Below the pieces are notes generated by a model. The model did not search any database and was not told the origin of the DNA. It was given only the letters and a program-made list of their open reading frames with translations. A stretch of DNA of 32,000 nucleotides from Methanococcus maripaludis (GTDB lineage: Archaea; AGJL01; Methanococci; Methanococcales; Methanococcaceae): assembly GCF_002945325.1 (NCBI RefSeq), contig NZ_CP026606.1, positions 1,380,001 through 1,412,000 on the forward strand. Reading direction: 5' to 3'. Each line of letters opens with the position of its first letter. The stretch's first letter is position 1. Positions 28,193 through 32,000 of the stretch are shown here, in pieces. Made by a program: the position numbers and the translations under genes.

Positions 28193-29761
28193 TTAAAAGT
28201 AGTGTTTGTACATTGCACCGCCAAAAAGTGCCCTGTATCGTTCAGAACTGTCGTTATTTTGCCAGCTCAGGTTTTTTTGTACATGGTGGTAGCAGTTTTT
28301 AATTAACATGTATAATGGACTATTTTCCTCATACGGACTTTCTGGGCAGTGCACGTGTTTATAATTTATAAAAAGACAGGCTTCTTCTAAATTGTAAAAC
28401 GACCAGTAGAGCCCGTGTTCAATACCCCATTTAAATCCGTATTTATCATAATCATTAAATAAAACACCTGTTGCTATATCAAAATTTGGATTTTTATGCG
28501 GATCAGGGTGAAGTGAAATTACAGTATCACTTAAACCTCCAGTATTTCTGGCGATTACTGGAGTTCCATAAGACATTGATTCCATCTGTGTTAATCCACA
28601 AGGCTCCCAAAGAGACGGCACAACAGTCCAGTCGCATCCTGCATAAATAATGGGAATTATTGGAGGGCAGTGTCCAACTAATGCCATGATTTTGTCAGGA
28701 TAACTTTCTGCAAAATCTTTTATTTTTTCCTCAATGGATTTTTCCCCTTTTGATACAAGTACGAAATTAGCGTTATTTTCTTCTAATACTTCGGGCATTG
28801 TTTCAAATATCAAATCAAAACCTTTTTGATAGGTAGCACGGCCTACAAATCCGATCATTGGAGTTTTCAATTTTCCTTTGATATTGCCGTGTATTTCAAT
28901 ATCGCTGCCCGAAATATTACTTTTATCCATCTCGTTCCAATCATTAATATATTTTTTTAAATTTTCGCATTTACAAAACCACGATTCTTTTATTTTTGGT
29001 TTTACTACCGCTGCATTTGAAATATCGTAATTTTCAATATAACAGTAATCTTTAGGGTTTAGTTTTCCGTTGCTTAAATTTTTCATTCTTTCAATAATCG
29101 ATTCTGGAGAATAAACGTCCGTGTCTATTCCATTAATTATCCCGTGAAAGGGTTTTTCCTTACATAATTTTTTTAAAAAGTCTAAATTTCGTATTTCTTC
29201 TGCATGGTTAGGACTTACAGTATTAACTGCATCGCTAAAATATATCCCATGTTCTAAAAATGAGAATATGTGGCCTTTGTATTCAATTATTGGGCCTTTA
29301 AATGCTTCGTTATGTATTGTAAGTGTCGTTGGAAGATTTAGTTTTTCATGACATTTTGCAATTGCAAGTCCGCAAGGCCAGTCGTGTCCTGACACACATT
29401 CAATGTTTTCAATATCTGAAAGGAAAGATACAACTAAATCTGCAAAAATTTCGTATTTTATAGGATCCCAGCTATCAAGCTGATTTATTTCAGGATTACT
29501 AAATGCAAAAATCTCAAAATTAGAACTTGGATGAACTGCTTTTACCACGTCAAAAAAGAGTTTTGAGCCTTGATATTTTACTTCTATTTTTTTTACAATC
29601 TCATGAGGTCTTTTTGAAATTTTGTTTTGATGATCATATGTTATTACATATACTTCATTTCCTAAATTCTTTAAAAATTTTGGTAAATCTTCTAAAATAT
29701 CCCCTAGTCCCCCTATCGACGTTAAAGGCGCTATTGTCGGTGTTAATGTAACTATTTTCAT
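28193..29761 (-). CDS. glgA: Glycogen/starch synthase
   Basis: TPTIAPLTSIGGLGDILEDLPKFLKNLGNEVYVITYDHQ, VSGHDWPCGLA, MIGFVGRATYQKGFDLIFETMPEVLEE, VPSLWEPCGLTQMESMSYGTPVIARNTGGLSDTV. ATG 29761 fits the family start better than 29779. Confidence 0.88.
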   Translation of the reverse strand: MKIVTLTPTIAPLTSIGGLGDILEDLPKFLKNLGNEVYVITYDHQNKISKRPHEIVKKIEVKYQGSKLFFDVVKAVHPSSNFEIFAFSNPEINQLDSWDPIKYEIFADLVVSFLSDIENIECVSGHDWPCGLAIAKCHEKLNLPTTLTIHNEAFKGPIIEYKGHIFSFLEHGIYFSDAVNTVSPNHAEEIRNLDFLKKLCKEKPFHGIINGIDTDVYSPESIIERMKNLSNGKLNPKDYCYIENYDISNAAVVKPKIKESWFCKCENLKKYINDWNEMDKSNISGSDIEIHGNIKGKLKTPMIGFVGRATYQKGFDLIFETMPEVLEENNANFVLVSKGEKSIEEKIKDFAESYPDKIMALVGHCPPIIPIIYAGCDWTVVPSLWEPCGLTQMESMSYGTPVIARNTGGLSDTVISLHPDPHKNPNFDIATGVLFNDYDKYGFKWGIEHGLYWSFYNLEEACLFINYKHVHCPESPYEENSPLYMLIKNCYHHVQKNLSWQNNDSSERYRALFGGAMYKHYF

Positions 29762-29865
29762 AAAAATACCCCTTCTCATATACTCCCGTATTTTTATATG
29801 CTAATGAAAATATATGTTTAATAGAGAATATATTAGTTTTTAATCTTTGAAGGGGAGTATGTGAA

Positions 29866-31041
29866 ATGAAGGTGTCCATCGTTACTTGGGAGTACCACCC
29901 CGTAATGGTTGGTGGTTTAGCAGTACATTGTAAGGGGTTATCTGAAGCGCTCGTAAGGGCAGGAAACGAAGTTGACGTGATAACTGTCGGCTATGACCTT
30001 CCAGAATATGAAGAAATAAATGGGGTAAATGTTTATCGGGTAAAGCCAATTTCCCACAATAATTTTTTAACTTGGGCAATGTTTATGGCAAGTTCCTTTG
30101 AAAAAAAGATAGGGAGTTTAGGTGTTGAAAATTATGACGTAATACACTGCCACGACTGGATGACTTCGTTTGTCGGTTCAAATATAAAGCACACGACAAA
30201 AAAGCCATATGTTCAATCAATTCACAGTACTGAGCGAGGACGTTGTGGCGGAATTAATTCTGAAGATTCAAGGGCAATAAACGATGCGGAATGGTGGGGA
30301 AGCTATGAAGCAAATCAATTAATTGCAGTAAGTCATTCAATTAAAGATGAGATGTGTTTTGGATTTAATACGCCATGGGAAAAGGTAAACGTGATATATA
30401 ATGGCGTAAATCCTTGGGAATTTGATATTAATGGCGATGATAATGAAAAATACAATTTCAGACGAAATCTGGGTGTAAATGATAATGAAAACATGATTCT
30501 TTACGTTGGAAGGCTTGTTTATCAAAAAGGGGTTGAACATTTAATCAGGGGATTTCAAAAGTTTTTAATTGGACATCCTAATTCAAAACTAATAATTGCA
30601 GGGGAGGGGCACATGCAGGGCCATTTGGAGCATTTAGCATGGGTTTTGGGATGTGGTGACAGAGTTATTTTTTTAGGATTTAAAAATGGAACTTTTCTAA
30701 AAAAACTATACAAATATGCGGATGCATGTGTTATTCCTTCGGTTTATGAACCCTTTGGAATTGTTGCACTCGAATCAATGGCTGCAGGAACTCCTGTTGT
30801 TGCAAGCGATGTTGGAGGCCTTAGTGAAATTATAAACCATGAATACAACGGGGTTAAAGTTTACCCGAGAGACGCAGATTCTATTGCATGGGGTCTTGAT
30901 AGGGTAATTTCTGACTGGGGATTTAGAGAATGGGTAGTTAAAAATGCAAAGCACGATGCATATACGAAATACAGCTGGGATGCAATCGCAAATCAAACGA
31001 TTCAGGTATATAAACGTGCAATCGAAATGATGAAGCAATAA
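29866..31041 (+). CDS. GT4-family glycosyltransferase (glycogen-synthase-like)
   Basis: KVSIVTWEYHPVMVGGLAVHCKGLSEALVRAGNEVDVIT, DVIHCHDWMTSFVG, ILYVGRLVYQKGVEHLIRGFQKF, IPSVYEPFGIVALESMAAGTPVVASDVGGLSEIINHEYNG. Confidence 0.92.
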   Translation: MKVSIVTWEYHPVMVGGLAVHCKGLSEALVRAGNEVDVITVGYDLPEYEEINGVNVYRVKPISHNNFLTWAMFMASSFEKKIGSLGVENYDVIHCHDWMTSFVGSNIKHTTKKPYVQSIHSTERGRCGGINSEDSRAINDAEWWGSYEANQLIAVSHSIKDEMCFGFNTPWEKVNVIYNGVNPWEFDINGDDNEKYNFRRNLGVNDNENMILYVGRLVYQKGVEHLIRGFQKFLIGHPNSKLIIAGEGHMQGHLEHLAWVLGCGDRVIFLGFKNGTFLKKLYKYADACVIPSVYEPFGIVALESMAAGTPVVASDVGGLSEIINHEYNGVKVYPRDADSIAWGLDRVISDWGFREWVVKNAKHDAYTKYSWDAIANQTIQVYKRAIEMMKQ

Positions 31042-31145
31042 ATTATTATAAAACTTGGAATTAATATATTTAATAAGACTTAATTTTGATTTTTACATTT
31101 TTTATATTATTTAAATAATTTTTCAATAGATTCAGGGTGGGGCTG

Positions 31146-32000
31146 ATGGTTGGAATTATTGGAAATGGAAATATCCTTGCAAAAATAGATGATTCAGGGT
31201 CTATTGAGTACATGTTTTACCCGAGCCTCGGCTATGAAAAACACATTTTTGACGCTTCTTTTGCAATTTACAATCACGGCCTTAGGTGGGCGTGGGACAA
31301 TGGTTGGGAAATTAATCAAAGTTACGTGAAAGATACGAATATTTTGCGTACCACTTACGAATGCAATGAATTTTTGATGGAATCAAGAGATTATATTCCA
31401 ATTTCTCACAATATAATAATAAAACAGATTTCAATATCTAATAAAACCGATGAAACTCAGGATTTGAAATTATTTTTTTATGAAAATTTACGAATGGGTG
31501 AAATTCCAAGGGAAAATACCGTCCAGTTCATGAAAGACCCCAGAATGATTATGAAATACGATGGAATGTACTCGATGTGTATTGGAAGCGATAAAAAAAT
31601 CGATTCATACCAATGCGGGGTTAGGTCTTCTGATAAAAGTGCATTGATTGACATTTCAAATGGAATTTTAAAAGAATATTCTACTTCTTCAGGCCTTATA
31701 ACTGATAGTGCTATTTCATGGGATTTAAAACTACTTCCTGGTCAAAAACAGTCAGTTTCTGTTTATATCATCATGAACGAGTACAAAGGAGACCAGTATA
31801 AATTGATGGAAACAATGGATTCTATTAAAGTTGTTATTGATAATCACGAAGACTTCTACCAACTTACAAACTCATACTGGAAAAATTTGCTCGAAACAAC
31901 GATAAGTAAATTAAGTGCAAATGAATTAAACCGGGTTTCAATGTGCGAAGATTTGTGTAAACGGTCTCTTTTAACACTGCTTCTTTTATGTGATCGGGGC
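31146..32000 (+). CDS. GH15-family glucoamylase-like protein, N-terminal part, runs off the right edge
   Basis: Open frame from ATG 31146 to the window end: MVGIIGNGNILAKIDDSGSIEYMFYPSLGYEKHIFDASFAIYNHGLRWAWDNGWEINQSYVKDTNILRTTYECNEFLMESRDYIPISQ...; absent from the ORF track because no stop falls in the window. Confidence 0.85.
   Translation, partial: MVGIIGNGNILAKIDDSGSIEYMFYPSLGYEKHIFDASFAIYNHGLRWAWDNGWEINQSYVKDTNILRTTYECNEFLMESRDYIPISHNIIIKQISISNKTDETQDLKLFFYENLRMGEIPRENTVQFMKDPRMIMKYDGMYSMCIGSDKKIDSYQCGVRSSDKSALIDISNGILKEYSTSSGLITDSAISWDLKLLPGQKQSVSVYIIMNEYKGDQYKLMETMDSIKVVIDNHEDFYQLTNSYWKNLLETTISKLSANELNRVSMCEDLCKRSLLTLLLLCDRG

Noticed and set aside
28067-28306. Plus-strand ORF spanning the pgi start and glgA end
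   Set aside because: Covered on the minus strand by two strongly supported genes; composition is not protein-like
1-32000. CRISPR arrays, insertion sequences, prophage, toxin-antitoxin or defence genes
   Set aside because: No regularly spaced repeats, transposases, integrases or defence-type domains were seen on either strand

Overview
The window looks like core genome of a Methanococcus species, closest to M. maripaludis by gene content and order. This is recognition from memory; no search was run. From left to right it contains: (1) a minus-strand ribosomal/RNA polymerase operon (eL18 partial, rpoD, rpsK, rpsD, rpsM) preceded by a tRNA-Ser(GGA), then a plus-strand tRNA-Cys(GCA) and a class I lysyl-tRNA synthetase. 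(2) A two-gene beta/gamma 2-oxoacid:ferredoxin oxidoreductase pair without alpha or delta. (3) A Zn-finger/S1/OB/DHH RecJ-like protein next to FEN1. (4) A 52-aa diferric-cluster ferredoxin missing from the supplied ORF track, archaeal IMP cyclohydrolase (purO), a DUF2119-like protein, transaldolase, a PUA-type methyltransferase and 4-phosphopantoate-beta-alanine ligase. (5) A signalling block: a FIST-domain protein with a C-terminal winged helix, divergent from a stand-alone receiver and a Cache-HAMP histidine kinase, followed by a small YbjQ-like protein. (6) A formate cluster: fdhC, a membrane-anchored OB-fold protein, beta-carbonic anhydrase, fdhA and fdhB. The fdhA gene is split in the ORF track by an in-frame UGA that reads as selenocysteine, and a convincing archaeal SECIS hairpin (GAA/A internal loop) lies in its 5' leader. 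(7) A sugar/glycogen cluster: ADP-dependent phosphofructokinase/glucokinase, pgi, glycogen synthase, a GT4 glycosyltransferase and the start of a GH15 glucoamylase-like gene. No CRISPR array, transposon or prophage was seen. The best candidates for follow-up are the 5'-leader SECIS and the FIST/receiver/kinase/small-protein block beside the formate genes.
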